Source: Candidatus Aminicenantes bacterium (GTDB taxonomy: Bacteria; Acidobacteriota; Aminicenantia; Aminicenantales; Aminicenantaceae). Taken from it: 50,359 nucleotides of DNA. Under the pieces are notes generated by a model. It ran no database searches, had not been told where the DNA came from, and saw only the letters and a list, made by a program, of their open reading frames with translations. The DNA lies in the NCBI GenBank assembly GCA_003648765.1, contig QMPV01000004.1, positions 1 to 50,359 on the forward strand, read 5' to 3'. The position numbers and the translations under genes are program-made. Every line of letters begins with the position of its first letter. Within the stretch, counting starts at the first letter, position 1. Below, in pieces: positions 18,866 through 31,445 of the stretch.

Positions 18866-21295
18866 TCAATCTTCTTTAACTTTAGCTAAGGAAACAACAC
18901 GGTCTCCGTTTTCTAGCTGGATGATTCGGACCCCCATGGTCGCCCGACTCAGAGGACGGAGGTTAACTGTTTTAATGCGAATCACCTTGCCTTGTTCCGT
19001 GACTAATATTACATCTTCTCCATCTACACCTACTACCCCCACGGCCGGACCATTTTTCTTGGATATTTTCAGATTAATCACACCTTTGCCCCCCCGGCGA
19101 TGGCAGGGATAATTCTCAATAGGCGTTTTTTTGCCGTAGCCTTTTTCAGCAATGGTGAAAATATACTTTTCCTCTTCACCAACAATAACCAGGCCAATTA
19201 TTTGGTCATTTTTAGCCAAAGTGATAGCCTTGACCCCCGCCGCGTTCCGACCCATGGGTCGAACCTCCTTTTCGTGGAAACGGATAGCTTTGCCTTGACG
19301 GGTAGCGATAAGGATGTCTTTCTGGCCATCAGTAAGTTTGGCGGCTAGAACTTCACTCCCTCGGGGAAGATTAATGGCAATGATGCCACCTCGGCGGATA
19401 TGTCGAAAATCGTAAAGACAGGTCTTCTTAATTAAGCCGGTTGAAGTGAGCATAACGACATATTTATCTCGCGAAAATTCCTTAACCCCTATCACTGAGC
19501 TGACTTTTTCATCTTGTTCCAGAGGAACCAGGTTTTTAATAGATTTGCCCCGGCCGGAGACACCCACATCGGGAATATCCAAAGCTTTTAACCAATATAA
19601 TTTTCCTTTGTTGGTAATAATAAGCAGATAGCTATGAGTAGAGCAGATGAAGACATTTTCTACTACATCTTCGGGTTTCATACTGATTCCCCGCCGTCCT
19701 TTACCACCTCTTAATTGGAACTGATAATAGCTTAGGGAAGTTCTCTTCATGTAGCCAGAAGCCGTATAAGTAACTACAACTTCTTCCTCTTTAATTAAAT
19801 CTTCGGGTTTCAGTTCCGTGATTTCTTCAGTAATAATTTCTGTTCTTCTTTCATCGGCATATTCTTCTTTGATTTTCTCTAATTCCTCAATTATGATGTC
19901 GAGAATCATTTTTTCACTGCCGAGAATCTTTTTCAGATGGGCAATTAATTTCTTCAGTTCAGCATATTCTTCTTTGATTTTATTTCTTTCCAGTCGGGTT
20001 AATCGTTGAAGTTGCATTTCTAATATGGCCTGAGCTTGAGTGTGAGTCAGGTGGAAGCGGGTAATCAAGCCGTTGCGGGCTTGTTCGACAGTCCGGGAAG
20101 AGCGGATAAGAGCAATTATTTCGTCTAAGTGGTCTAAGGCAATAATTAATCCTTCGAGAATGTGAGCTCTCAACTCGGCTTTTTTCAAGTCATAGCGTGT
20201 TCTCCGCCGGATAACGTCTTGACGATGGGAAATAAAATAACGGAGCATGTCGATAAGGCTCATCACTTTGGGTTGGCGGTCAACAATAGCCAGGAGGATA
20301 ATACCAAAGGATGTCTGAAGAGCCGTGTATTTATATAAGTTATTCAGAATAATTTCTGGCAATTCTCCTTTTTTTACTTCAATCACCACCCGCATCCCTT
20401 CGCGATCTGACTCATCTCTGATATCAGCAATGCCTTCAATCCGCTTTTGGTTGACCAATTCGGCGATATTTTCTAGCAGCCTGGCCTTATTTACTTGATA
20501 AGGAATTTCTGTGATCACCACTCGGTCACGGTCATTTCCACGGCCTCTTTCAATCGTGGCCCGGGCCCGGAGAATTATCGTACCTTTACCCGTTTGGTAA
20601 GCCTGTCGGAGACCATCAAGGCCAAAAATATAACCACCAGTGGGGAAATCTGGACCGGGAATAAATTCCATGATTTCTTTCAGGGTGGCTTCCGGGTGTC
20701 TAATGAGATGGATGACCGCATCAATAACTTCTCCCAGATTATGAGGAGGGATGTTGGTGGCCATCCCTACAGCTATACCCGAAGCCCCATTGATGAGAAG
20801 ATTGGGTATTTTGGCCGGCAGAACTTCAGGAACGGTCAAGCTACCGTCGTAATTAGGGACAAAATTAACGGTGTCCTTTTCAATATCGGCTAACAGTTCA
20901 TGAGCTATTTTGCTCATGCGGACTTCGGTATAGCGCATAGCCGCTGGGGGATCGCCATCTACGGACCCAAAGTTTCCCTGTCCATCAACTAGAGGGTAGC
21001 GCATACTGAAGTCCTGGGCCATCCGGACCAGAGCATCATAGACAGCGGCTTCTCCGTGAGGATGATATTTACCGATGACATCACCCACAATCCGGGCGGA
21101 TTTCTTGTAGGGTTTATTCCAGGCGTTGCCAGCTTCATACATGGCATAGAGCGTTCGGCGATGGACTGGCTTTAAACCGTCTTTAATGTCAGGAATAGCC
21201 CGGCCGATGATGACGCTCATCGCGTAATCAAGATAGGACCGCTTCATTTCTTCTTCTAAGCTGACCTCAATTGTCCGTGTAGTTGGCTCCATCAT
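18866..21295 (-). CDS. gyrA: DNA gyrase subunit A
   Basis: [33 protein letters not shown]; GyrA-box QLRGGKG. Confidence 0.98.
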   Translation of the reverse strand: MMEPTTRTIEVSLEEEMKRSYLDYAMSVIIGRAIPDIKDGLKPVHRRTLYAMYEAGNAWNKPYKKSARIVGDVIGKYHPHGEAAVYDALVRMAQDFSMRYPLVDGQGNFGSVDGDPPAAMRYTEVRMSKIAHELLADIEKDTVNFVPNYDGSLTVPEVLPAKIPNLLINGASGIAVGMATNIPPHNLGEVIDAVIHLIRHPEATLKEIMEFIPGPDFPTGGYIFGLDGLRQAYQTGKGTIILRARATIERGRGNDRDRVVITEIPYQVNKARLLENIAELVNQKRIEGIADIRDESDREGMRVVIEVKKGELPEIILNNLYKYTALQTSFGIILLAIVDRQPKVMSLIDMLRYFISHRQDVIRRRTRYDLKKAELRAHILEGLIIALDHLDEIIALIRSSRTVEQARNGLITRFHLTHTQAQAILEMQLQRLTRLERNKIKEEYAELKKLIAHLKKILGSEKMILDIIIEELEKIKEEYADERRTEIITEEITELKPEDLIKEEEVVVTYTASGYMKRTSLSYYQFQLRGGKGRRGISMKPEDVVENVFICSTHSYLLIITNKGKLYWLKALDIPDVGVSGRGKSIKNLVPLEQDEKVSSVIGVKEFSRDKYVVMLTSTGLIKKTCLYDFRHIRRGGIIAINLPRGSEVLAAKLTDGQKDILIATRQGKAIRFHEKEVRPMGRNAAGVKAITLAKNDQIIGLVIVGEEEKYIFTIAEKGYGKKTPIENYPCHRRGGKGVINLKISKKNGPAVGVVGVDGEDVILVTEQGKVIRIKTVNLRPLSRATMGVRIIQLENGDRVVSLAKVKED

Positions 21296-21337
21296 TTTCT
21301 CCTTTATTGATTAAGCTGGATTTTGGGGCAGGTGAGA

Positions 21338-23899
<2,562 letters not shown>

Positions 23900-24207
23900 T
23901 TAAATATCAAGTTAATTTAGAGAAAAAAATGAGCTAGAAATAAAAATATTTGGTCGCAGATTGATAGAAATTTTGAATATAATAAATATATTATAAACCT
24001 CTTAAACAAATCTTTTTATATATCGAGAGATCGGCTTCTTGTTTGGTTTAAAAAAATACATTTATAAAAATATATGTCGCCTCAAATTTTTTTGGAATAA
24101 AATTTTTATCTCTAACCTTCTTTCCTTGAAAGAGAATATAGAATTATTAGGAAGAGACATTTGAGTTATAGCTGAAAAATTTACCAGGGGAGCCTCAGAC
24201 ATCTCTT

Positions 24208-24236
24208 TTGAAAAGACGACCGAGTTAGTTTATAAT
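24208..24236 (+). promoter_or_regulatory. sigma70 promoter of the GTPase gene
   Basis: TTGAAA-17-TATAAT. Confidence 0.7.
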
Positions 24237-24267
24237 TCTCATCGCCTGTGATAGGGAGAGAAAAGAA

Positions 24268-25263
24268 ATGCCGGCCAATTTGCCTCCTCAATATTTTGAA
24301 ACCGAAAAGAAGTTAAAAACAGCTAAAACTCCTCAGGAAAAAATTGCTATTTTAGAAGAATTATTGGCCATAGTGCCCAAGCATAAAGGGACGGAAAAAT
24401 TACAAGCTCAGCTCAAGAGTAAAATTGCCAAACTTAGATCGCAAGCTCAGAAAAAACCTGTTGTGGCTAAACGAGGGCCAATTTTTTTGGTGGATAAAGC
24501 TGGGGCTGGCCAGGTGGTCTTAGTTGGTGGGCCCAACACAGGCAAATCAAGTTTGTTGGCCGCCTTGACCAACGCCAAGCCCGAAATTGCTGATTACCCT
24601 TTTACTACTCGATTACCCCAACCAGGTATGATGCCTTATGAAAACATTCAAATTCAGCTAGTTGACCTTCCCCCGGTGACTGAAGAATATTTCGAATTCT
24701 GGCAAGCTGAGCTAATAAAAAATGCCGATGGCATTCTTTTACTTCTTGATCCTACCGGCGAAGATCCGGTGGGAGATTATTTGGTTATTTTAGCTAAATT
24801 AGAAGAGAGGAAGATTGAGCTGGTTAATGAAGAAGTGGCAATTCCTCCCGACAAATTTCTTTTTCAGAAAAAAACATTGGTCGTCATCAACAAAAAAGAT
24901 TTAACTCATGAGGAAAGCAAATTACGGGAATTACAGGATGCCTTGAAACCGAACTTCAACCCTTTGCTTGTTTCCGTAGTTCAGAAAGAAGGTTTGGAGA
25001 GACTTAAAGAGAGAATATTCAACTTTTTGAGAATTTTACGGGTTTATAGCAAAATTCCGGGCAAGAAACCTGATCTGGATGAACCCTTTATTTTCCGTCA
25101 AGGAAGCACTGTGATGGATATGGCCCGAATGATTCATAAGGATTTTGCTGAAAAATTGCGCTACGCTCGCTTATGGAAAAAGAATGACCTTCATCTTCAG
25201 GGGGTGCGAGTCAATCGGGAATATCTCCTCCAGGATGAAGATATCATTGAGCTTCACCTCTGA
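24268..25263 (+). CDS. DRG/RBG-like OBG-family GTPase with TGS domain
   Basis: PKHKGTEKL, GGPNTGKSS, YPFTT, NKKD; C-terminal TGS (IHKDF...L.DEDIIELH). Confidence 0.88.
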   Translation: MPANLPPQYFETEKKLKTAKTPQEKIAILEELLAIVPKHKGTEKLQAQLKSKIAKLRSQAQKKPVVAKRGPIFLVDKAGAGQVVLVGGPNTGKSSLLAALTNAKPEIADYPFTTRLPQPGMMPYENIQIQLVDLPPVTEEYFEFWQAELIKNADGILLLLDPTGEDPVGDYLVILAKLEERKIELVNEEVAIPPDKFLFQKKTLVVINKKDLTHEESKLRELQDALKPNFNPLLVSVVQKEGLERLKERIFNFLRILRVYSKIPGKKPDLDEPFIFRQGSTVMDMARMIHKDFAEKLRYARLWKKNDLHLQGVRVNREYLLQDEDIIELHL

Positions 25264-25354
25264 AAGATTAAATCACGAGGTCTTTAGCGATTTTAAACTT
25301 CTCTCTGGTAGTTTTGTTCCCTCCCTAAGTATCTCTTTCCTTTCAGTCAAGAGA

Positions 25355-25377
25355 CACGCCTCATTGGATGAGGCGTG
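25355..25377. terminator. Hairpin between convergent genes, possible bidirectional terminator
   Basis: CACGCCTCAT-TGG-ATGAGGCGTG, perfect 10-bp stem; no clear U-tract. Confidence 0.5.
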
Positions 25378-25401
25378 GTGAGGAATGGGTTGGAAGAGGA
25401 A

Positions 25402-25875
25402 TTAATAAAAAATATAAGTAAAGGAATAGTTTTCTAAATTATTAAGGGCGGATAAAGATTGGCTGGGGGTGGTTGGTTTAAATTCAACATAGCCATATTT
25501 CCCAAAATCAACCGAAATAGAATAGCACTCCTCTTTCTGGATAATATCGTGAACGATTTTTTGGGCAATGGCTTTGAGTTGAGTTTGGGTTAAACCCGTG
25601 GGTACTTCAACTTCTAGATAAATATTATGAATCCCCTCATGGTCAATATTGTTGCGGTGAGTAATATAGAAAGGAATGGAAGAGGCCATTGAAAGTAAAG
25701 AAAAAAGATTCCGACGGAGTTTTTGGTCAGTAGCTTTCTTCTTTGAAGATAAAGGAGAAAGACTTAAAAAAATGAAAAAAGAAAAAGAAAGAATGAAAAT
25801 CCAGAATAATGGTCTGGAGATAGAGAGGCTAGAACTGGGTGCGCCCCCCTCTTGCTTCTTGGACATGGACACCAC
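25402..25875 (-). CDS. Hypothetical single-pass membrane-anchored protein
   Basis: One hydrophobic helix followed by a small alpha/beta domain; exact start uncertain. Confidence 0.65.
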   Translation of the reverse strand: MVSMSKKQEGGAPSSSLSISRPLFWIFILSFSFFIFLSLSPLSSKKKATDQKLRRNLFSLLSMASSIPFYITHRNNIDHEGIHNIYLEVEVPTGLTQTQLKAIAQKIVHDIIQKEECYSISVDFGKYGYVEFKPTTPSQSLSALNNLENYSFTYIFY

Positions 25876-25934
25876 CTTTTATCCCTCACTTTCTTATTTA
25901 AGCATACCTTTTAGAAAATCAATATTTGGGAAAC

Positions 25935-25983
25935 ATTTGTCATATTTTGTCGCATTTTGTCGCATTTTGTCGCTTTTGTCAGC
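25935..25983. repeat. Tandem 10-bp direct repeats (ATTTTGTCGC x3 plus 2 degenerate units)
   Basis: TTTGTC cores start at 25936, 25946, 25956, 25966 and 25975. Confidence 0.85.
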
Positions 25984-26191
25984 TGAGTTAATGGGTGGAT
26001 AGCTTATTAATTTTCTTTAAAAATATAGATATTTTGGAAGATATGGCCAAGGCCGAGCTTTTGGGAGGGAAATTGACCAAAGGCCTTCTGGCTGAAAATG
26101 GGACTTTTTAAAGATGCTCTAATTTCCGACGCGGCTATTGAGCTGGCTCTTTAAAAATTGTCCTTTTCTGTCTATAATATCAAGCACTAGG

Positions 26192-26266
26192 CGGGGCGTA
26201 GCGCAGTCTGGTTAGCGCACAGCGTTCGGGACGCTGGGGTCATGGGTTCGAATCCCATCGCCCCGA
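26192..26266 (+). tRNA. tRNA-Pro(CGG)
   Basis: CGGGGCG/CGCCCCG acceptor, CAGCG-TTCGGGA-CGCTG anticodon arm, GGTTCGAATCC. CCA not encoded. Confidence 0.95.
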
Positions 26267-26804
26267 TTTTTATTTTGCTCAGAAATTATGGCGAAAAGTC
26301 AGGGCTTGGCTCAATCCTCAAGAAGAAAGTCTTAATGGTTCTGGATTGATGGAGGTCCAGAAATAGAGAAAAGCTAGATTTTTCCAAAAAAGATTTAGAA
26401 TGGCAGGCGGCAGCTATAGCCAGATATTAATTTCAGGCTAAGGGGGTCGGCTTTCCTCCTTTCACCTTGGACTTTGAGGAAGGCCTGAGAAAGGAAAAAT
26501 TCTTTGGTTGGCTGGTTCAAAATTTCCCCTTTTTGCTGTCTTCTTTGAGACTCTCCTGGGCTATTACAAAAGGCTGGCTAGGGAAAAGAGTTTTTTAACT
26601 AGACTGACTAACAAATGGAAGAAAATTTTATTTTTCAAACGTAAAAGCCAGCCCCCAATTCAACCACCCCAAGGTAGCTATTATTATGAGGGGTTCTATA
26701 TTACCAAAGTTAAGCTGCTCAGTCTTGGCCTTCCTAACTTGCCCTCTACCCAGTTCAACTTCAAAGGTGAGGGGGTGGCCAGGACAATAGATGTTTCAGC
26801 CTGA

Positions 26805-26961
26805 ATAATTCATAAAAAAAGCTGTTTTTCCCTTCATAACATATTTATATATAATATGTTAGAAAAAGAAGAGAGAAAAAAACAACCAGAAAAGATTGGA
26901 CCAATCATCCGCTAAGATTTTTGGCTGTTCTTGGATCAATATTTTTTAATTTGTGAATAGA
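26805..26961. repeat. Dispersed ~155-bp structured repeat, copy 2 (inverted)
   Basis: Reverse complement aligns to 2044-2196. Confidence 0.9.
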
Positions 26962-27019
26962 CCAGGTTAGAAATTCATTCCTCCAAAAAAATAAAATTAT
27001 CTGGTAAGTTGTAGATTTA

Positions 27020-28096
27020 TTATTCCGAGGTTAACTCGATTAATTCATATTCCCGGGAGCCTAGGCCAATTTGTTGAGCGTGCTCCAATTGAATTTCCCA
27101 GTTGATGCCAGTTAATTTTCGCAATAAATCTTCTCCGGCTTGCTGGTTAACCAGGTCGACTGAAGCTTGGTCAATAGCCACGGGATCTTGACTGCTCAAA
27201 ATTCCAATATCATCCACAATGAAGTGCCTTTCTTTAGACATACAATCGCAATCTTTAGTGATTTTAACCAAATAATTCAAGTAAACAGCCTGAAGAGGTA
27301 GCCCTTGGTGGACAGCCCAAGCATATTCAGCCATTTTTTTCTGAATAAGTTCAGAACTTTCACTCCAACGAAGTTTAATAGCTCCGACTGGGCAGACAGC
27401 CAGGCACTCCCCACAACCGATACATTTTTCATCGTCTATTCGGACATGGCCTTCTTCGGGAATAATAGCTGCGGTAGGACAGAAAGCCCGGCAGAGGAGG
27501 CAATACCGGCAAGACTTTGTTTTTACCCAGGGATGAACGTCAGAATGTTGTTCCAGTTTGCCGACTCGAGCGGCGCAGCCCATGCCTAAATTTTTAATGG
27601 CGCCCCCAAAGCCGGTCAAAATGTGGCCAGTGAAATGGCTGAGACAGAAGAGATAGTCGATGGTAGCTAGCAAGCTCGCGATTTTTGCTTTTTGAATATG
27701 AGGGAGATGTACTTCGATTTCATATTTATCCCGGCCAACGAGACCGTCGGCAATAATGACAGGGATGCCAGTGTTTTCTTGGCTAAAACCATGTTGAGCG
27801 GCCAATTGAAGGTGCTCAGCTGCATTGGAGCGGAGTCCTGTGTAAAGGGTATTGGTGTCAGTCCAGAAAAGACGCTTGGTTCGAGTGGCCAGAAAATTAA
27901 TAAGAGTTTTTAGCCAACTTGGCGTAATAAAGCCGTAATTATTCTTCTCGCCAAAATGAATTTTTAGAGCCACGAAAGAGGAAGAATCAAGCGCGGATAA
28001 ATCCACCAGAGGTTCAGTGACTTGCCATGTTTTCTGGGCTAAGATGTCGTCGTTCTCCCGATGATTAGCCCGGAGAAAATAAACCCTACTTTTCAT
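27020..28096 (-). CDS. DUF362-domain Fe-S protein with two 4Fe-4S motifs
   Basis: KIHFGE, TDTNTLY, SHFTGH..GFGGAIKNLGMG, two CxxCxxCxxxCP motifs, CDC. Confidence 0.88.
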   Translation of the reverse strand: MKSRVYFLRANHRENDDILAQKTWQVTEPLVDLSALDSSSFVALKIHFGEKNNYGFITPSWLKTLINFLATRTKRLFWTDTNTLYTGLRSNAAEHLQLAAQHGFSQENTGIPVIIADGLVGRDKYEIEVHLPHIQKAKIASLLATIDYLFCLSHFTGHILTGFGGAIKNLGMGCAARVGKLEQHSDVHPWVKTKSCRYCLLCRAFCPTAAIIPEEGHVRIDDEKCIGCGECLAVCPVGAIKLRWSESSELIQKKMAEYAWAVHQGLPLQAVYLNYLVKITKDCDCMSKERHFIVDDIGILSSQDPVAIDQASVDLVNQQAGEDLLRKLTGINWEIQLEHAQQIGLGSREYELIELTSE

Positions 28097-28117
28097 CCTG
28101 GCCTAGGCCGAAAATAT

Positions 28118-29272
28118 TCAGTGAATTTTTTCTGAGAGTATTTGCTCAGCCCGTTCGATGGCTCGACCTTTTTCTAATTTATAGCCTAAAGCAAGCAATG
28201 TCTTTTCAATGGCTTCGAGAGCAAAGATGACTTGGGAAGAAGAAAGGTTGCCCATATGTCCCAGACGGAAGACTTGTCCCTGTAATTCTCCCAGACCACC
28301 AGCTACAATAACTCCATTTTCAGCCAGAAGCTGACGGAATTCTTTGTCTTTGATCTCCGGAGGATAGAGGATAACCGAGAGCGTATCGGCTAGGAAGGCT
28401 TCTTGAGTAAAAAGCGATAAGCCCATCGTGGTTAGAGCAGCTCGAATGGCTCGGGCGGTTTGGGCGTGACGGCGGAAGCGTTCGGGCAATCCTTCTTCTA
28501 TCACTAGACGAAGTCCCTCATTAAAAGCCCTGATTTCATTCACACAGGGGGTTGAAAAATATTTAGAGGGGTCTTTCATGACGGGCAACCAGCGCAGAAT
28601 ATCTGAATAGTAAGCAGGGATTTTAGCCATATTTTTTCTTTTGACCATGGCCCGGGGTGAAAAAACTAAGATGGCCAATCCAGGAGGAACCCCAAAACAT
28701 TTTTGGGCAGCAGTCAATACCACATCAATTCCCCAATCATCCAACCTTTCTTCAATGCCTCCAGTGGCGCAGACTCCATCAAGGATAAAGAGGGTGCCGT
28801 ATTCTTTACAGATTTCAACATAACTTCGAATAGGAGCACAGGCACCGGTGGCTGTATCCACATGAGTTGAGACAACCACAGCGTAATTGTTTTCAGCCAG
28901 CTTATTTTCCATTTCTTCAGGGGTCACGGCCCGACCCAGGGGACTTTGAATTATATCTCCTTGGAGATCAAAACTGGCTAGAATCTCCTTCATCCTTTGG
29001 CCGAAATATCCTTGCGAGAGAACCAGGACGCGATCTTCGGGGGAGACTGTATTCAGGAGGGCAATTTCCATCGCTAATGTTCCAGCGCCCGCGATGATAA
29101 AGGGTTGTCCTTCAGCAGTAAAAACGACTTTTTTCAAATTGGCCAGAGCTTCTTTGAATTCGGCCACAAAATCTGGACTCACGTGAGAGATGGTAGGTAA
29201 GGAAAGAGAATGAATTATACGGGGATGGACAGGCGTGGGTCCAGGAATTAAAAGTAATTTTTCTTGTGACAT
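28118..29272 (-). CDS. Class V aminotransferase (alanine-glyoxylate/serine-pyruvate type)
   Basis: LLIPGPTP, HVDTATG, AAQKCFGVPPGL, FRLGHMG; start at ATG 29272 after GGAG. Confidence 0.92.
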   Translation of the reverse strand: MSQEKLLLIPGPTPVHPRIIHSLSLPTISHVSPDFVAEFKEALANLKKVVFTAEGQPFIIAGAGTLAMEIALLNTVSPEDRVLVLSQGYFGQRMKEILASFDLQGDIIQSPLGRAVTPEEMENKLAENNYAVVVSTHVDTATGACAPIRSYVEICKEYGTLFILDGVCATGGIEERLDDWGIDVVLTAAQKCFGVPPGLAILVFSPRAMVKRKNMAKIPAYYSDILRWLPVMKDPSKYFSTPCVNEIRAFNEGLRLVIEEGLPERFRRHAQTARAIRAALTTMGLSLFTQEAFLADTLSVILYPPEIKDKEFRQLLAENGVIVAGGLGELQGQVFRLGHMGNLSSSQVIFALEAIEKTLLALGYKLEKGRAIERAEQILSEKIH

Positions 29273-29788
29273 GAGTTTTTCTCCACTATGAATTAAGAAT
29301 ATATTGTGGGCCATCCTTTTCTATAAATCAAGGCTTTTTCTCACAGCCAGGATGATTTATGAATAATCCGTTAGTCCAGAGTGTCTGGAATAATTGAAAG
29401 ACAAATATCTAGAAATTATAAAATTTGTCAACATTAATTATTCAAATGTTACTCTGACCTTGACTATAATTATGCGTTTACTCCTCGATGACCCCAATTG
29501 GATTTTTGCTCACCTCGAGTGATTTGCGAAAGATAAAAACCTGGTCCTGTAACCCTGTTTCACTAGGGGAAGGTAGATGTTCCTCTCTTGTTAAAATAAT
29601 ACAATTGATTCCGAGTCGGGTTCTTGGGGACAATTATTAGGTGGACAATCTCAAAATCGGAGTCAAGTGAAGTTTCTTTTGGGCTTAAATCGCTTAGATT
29701 ACTCTTTTCTTTTTTCTTGCCCTTCTTCTCATCAAAATTATTATTCTTTATCGGCTAATTTTGAATTGAGTTTTGGGAATGTTCTCTT

Positions 29789-31432
29789 TCAGTAATTATC
29801 CAGAAAAGAACGAAGCTTCTTACTTCGACTGGGATGCTTAAGTTTCCGGAGAGCTTTAGCTTCAATCTGGCGGATTCTTTCTCGAGTGACTTTAAATTGC
29901 TGCCCCACTTCTTCCAGAGTATGCTCGTTACCATCTCCCAAACCAAAGCGCATTTTCAGGACTTTGGCTTCTCTTTCGGTGAGGGTTTTGAGGGCCTCTT
30001 CAATTTGTTCCCGGAGATTACTGTGGATGACAGCATCAGGAGGAGAAGGAATACCTTTATCTTCAATAAAGTCACCCAAATGGCTATCTTCTTCTTCGCC
30101 AATAGGTGTTTCCAGAGAGATAGGTTCTTGAGCTATTTTGATTATCTTCCTGACTTTATTGACGGGCATATCCATTTTTTTGGCGATTTCTTCACAGGTG
30201 GGTTCGCGGCCGATTTCTTGCACTAGAGCTCGCGAAACTCGGACTAGCTTGTTGATTGTTTCGATCATATGGACTGGGATCCGAATAGTTCGGGCCTGGT
30301 CGGCAATAGCTCGGGTGATGGCCTGACGGATCCACCAAGTAGCATAAGTAGAAAATTTGTAGCCCCGGCGATATTCAAATTTTTCAACTGCCTTCATCAA
30401 GCCCATATTGCCTTCTTGGATCAAATCCAAAAATTGGAGACCTCGATTGCTATATTTTTTGGCGATTGATACGACTAAACGTAAATTAGCGGCCACCAAT
30501 TCTTTTTTGGCTTGGTCACTTATTTTTTTGCCGGTGGTTATGGACCGAATAATGCGCCGCAATCCATGAGAGTCAAGACCAATTTCTTCTTGAAAAGACT
30601 TTAACAGCTTATTGATTTCCTTGATATTAGCTTCGATGGCTTTTTTCTCTTTGGCATTTTTAGTTGAGGTCAGAGAGGCAGTTAATTCATCTCGGCTTTC
30701 TTCCAATTCATTAATCGCCCGGAGTTTTTCCCGCAGATTCTCAATGATTCTTTCCTGCTGAGTGGGTTTAATGTTCATGTTCCGGATAATTCTTGACATC
30801 TTGACGATGAGTCTTCCCCGGGCAATGGTATTTTTTTTCTTGCGAGGGATTTTTTCTAGTTGTTGCCCCAATTGCTTTATTTCAGCTATTTTAGCTAGAA
30901 TTTTGTTTCTGTTTTCCTCTAGCTTGCCTTCGGATAAATCTTCCTCGGTGAATTCAAACATATCCTGGAGGATAAGGGGGTTATCCTTGATTTTCTCTTC
31001 TAACGCTAAGATTTCATTGAGGATAATTCGGGTTTTAGATAAAGCTTTTATTACCTGTTTTTCCCCCCGCTCAATTTCTTTAGCAATGGCGATTTCTCCC
31101 TCCCGAGTCAGCAGGGAGATATTGCCCATTTCTCGCAAATAAAGTTTTACCGGGTCAGTCGTCCTTTCTAGACCTTCTAGTGAGACTTCATCTGCTTTGC
31201 GGCGTTTGGGGATAACGGCCCGGTGTTTATCCAGGATTTTTATCCCGTAATCATCCATGGAACTGAGGAAATCATCGAAATCTTCTTCTGAATCAAATTC
31301 ATCCTGGAGGGAGTCCAATTCGTCGATTAGGAGATATCCCCGGCGTCGTCCTTTGGAGATAAGTTCAGCTATATCATCAATTTCGTTCTCATGAATTTTT
31401 TCATCGTCAGACACTTTGGCACCTCGTTCCAA
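29789..31432 (-). CDS. rpoD: Primary RNA polymerase sigma-70 factor
   Basis: [62 protein letters not shown]. Confidence 0.98.
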   Translation of the reverse strand: MERGAKVSDDEKIHENEIDDIAELISKGRRRGYLLIDELDSLQDEFDSEEDFDDFLSSMDDYGIKILDKHRAVIPKRRKADEVSLEGLERTTDPVKLYLREMGNISLLTREGEIAIAKEIERGEKQVIKALSKTRIILNEILALEEKIKDNPLILQDMFEFTEEDLSEGKLEENRNKILAKIAEIKQLGQQLEKIPRKKKNTIARGRLIVKMSRIIRNMNIKPTQQERIIENLREKLRAINELEESRDELTASLTSTKNAKEKKAIEANIKEINKLLKSFQEEIGLDSHGLRRIIRSITTGKKISDQAKKELVAANLRLVVSIAKKYSNRGLQFLDLIQEGNMGLMKAVEKFEYRRGYKFSTYATWWIRQAITRAIADQARTIRIPVHMIETINKLVRVSRALVQEIGREPTCEEIAKKMDMPVNKVRKIIKIAQEPISLETPIGEEEDSHLGDFIEDKGIPSPPDAVIHSNLREQIEEALKTLTEREAKVLKMRFGLGDGNEHTLEEVGQQFKVTRERIRQIEAKALRKLKHPSRSKKLRSFLDNY

Positions 31433-31445
31433 ATGTTTATTTTAA

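Noticed and set aside
26508-26804. 98-aa ORF after tRNA-Pro (likewise 1718-1942, 3195-3422, 25676-26002, 44514-44783 and the antisense ORFs inside real genes)
   Set aside because: No RBS or recognisable motif; several overlap a tRNA, promoters or the opposite strand of confident genes.
26836-26864. dif (XerCD) site in the repeat palindrome
   Set aside because: ATATGTTAGAA resembles the XerD arm, but the spacing and the XerC arm do not fit, and the element occurs twice.
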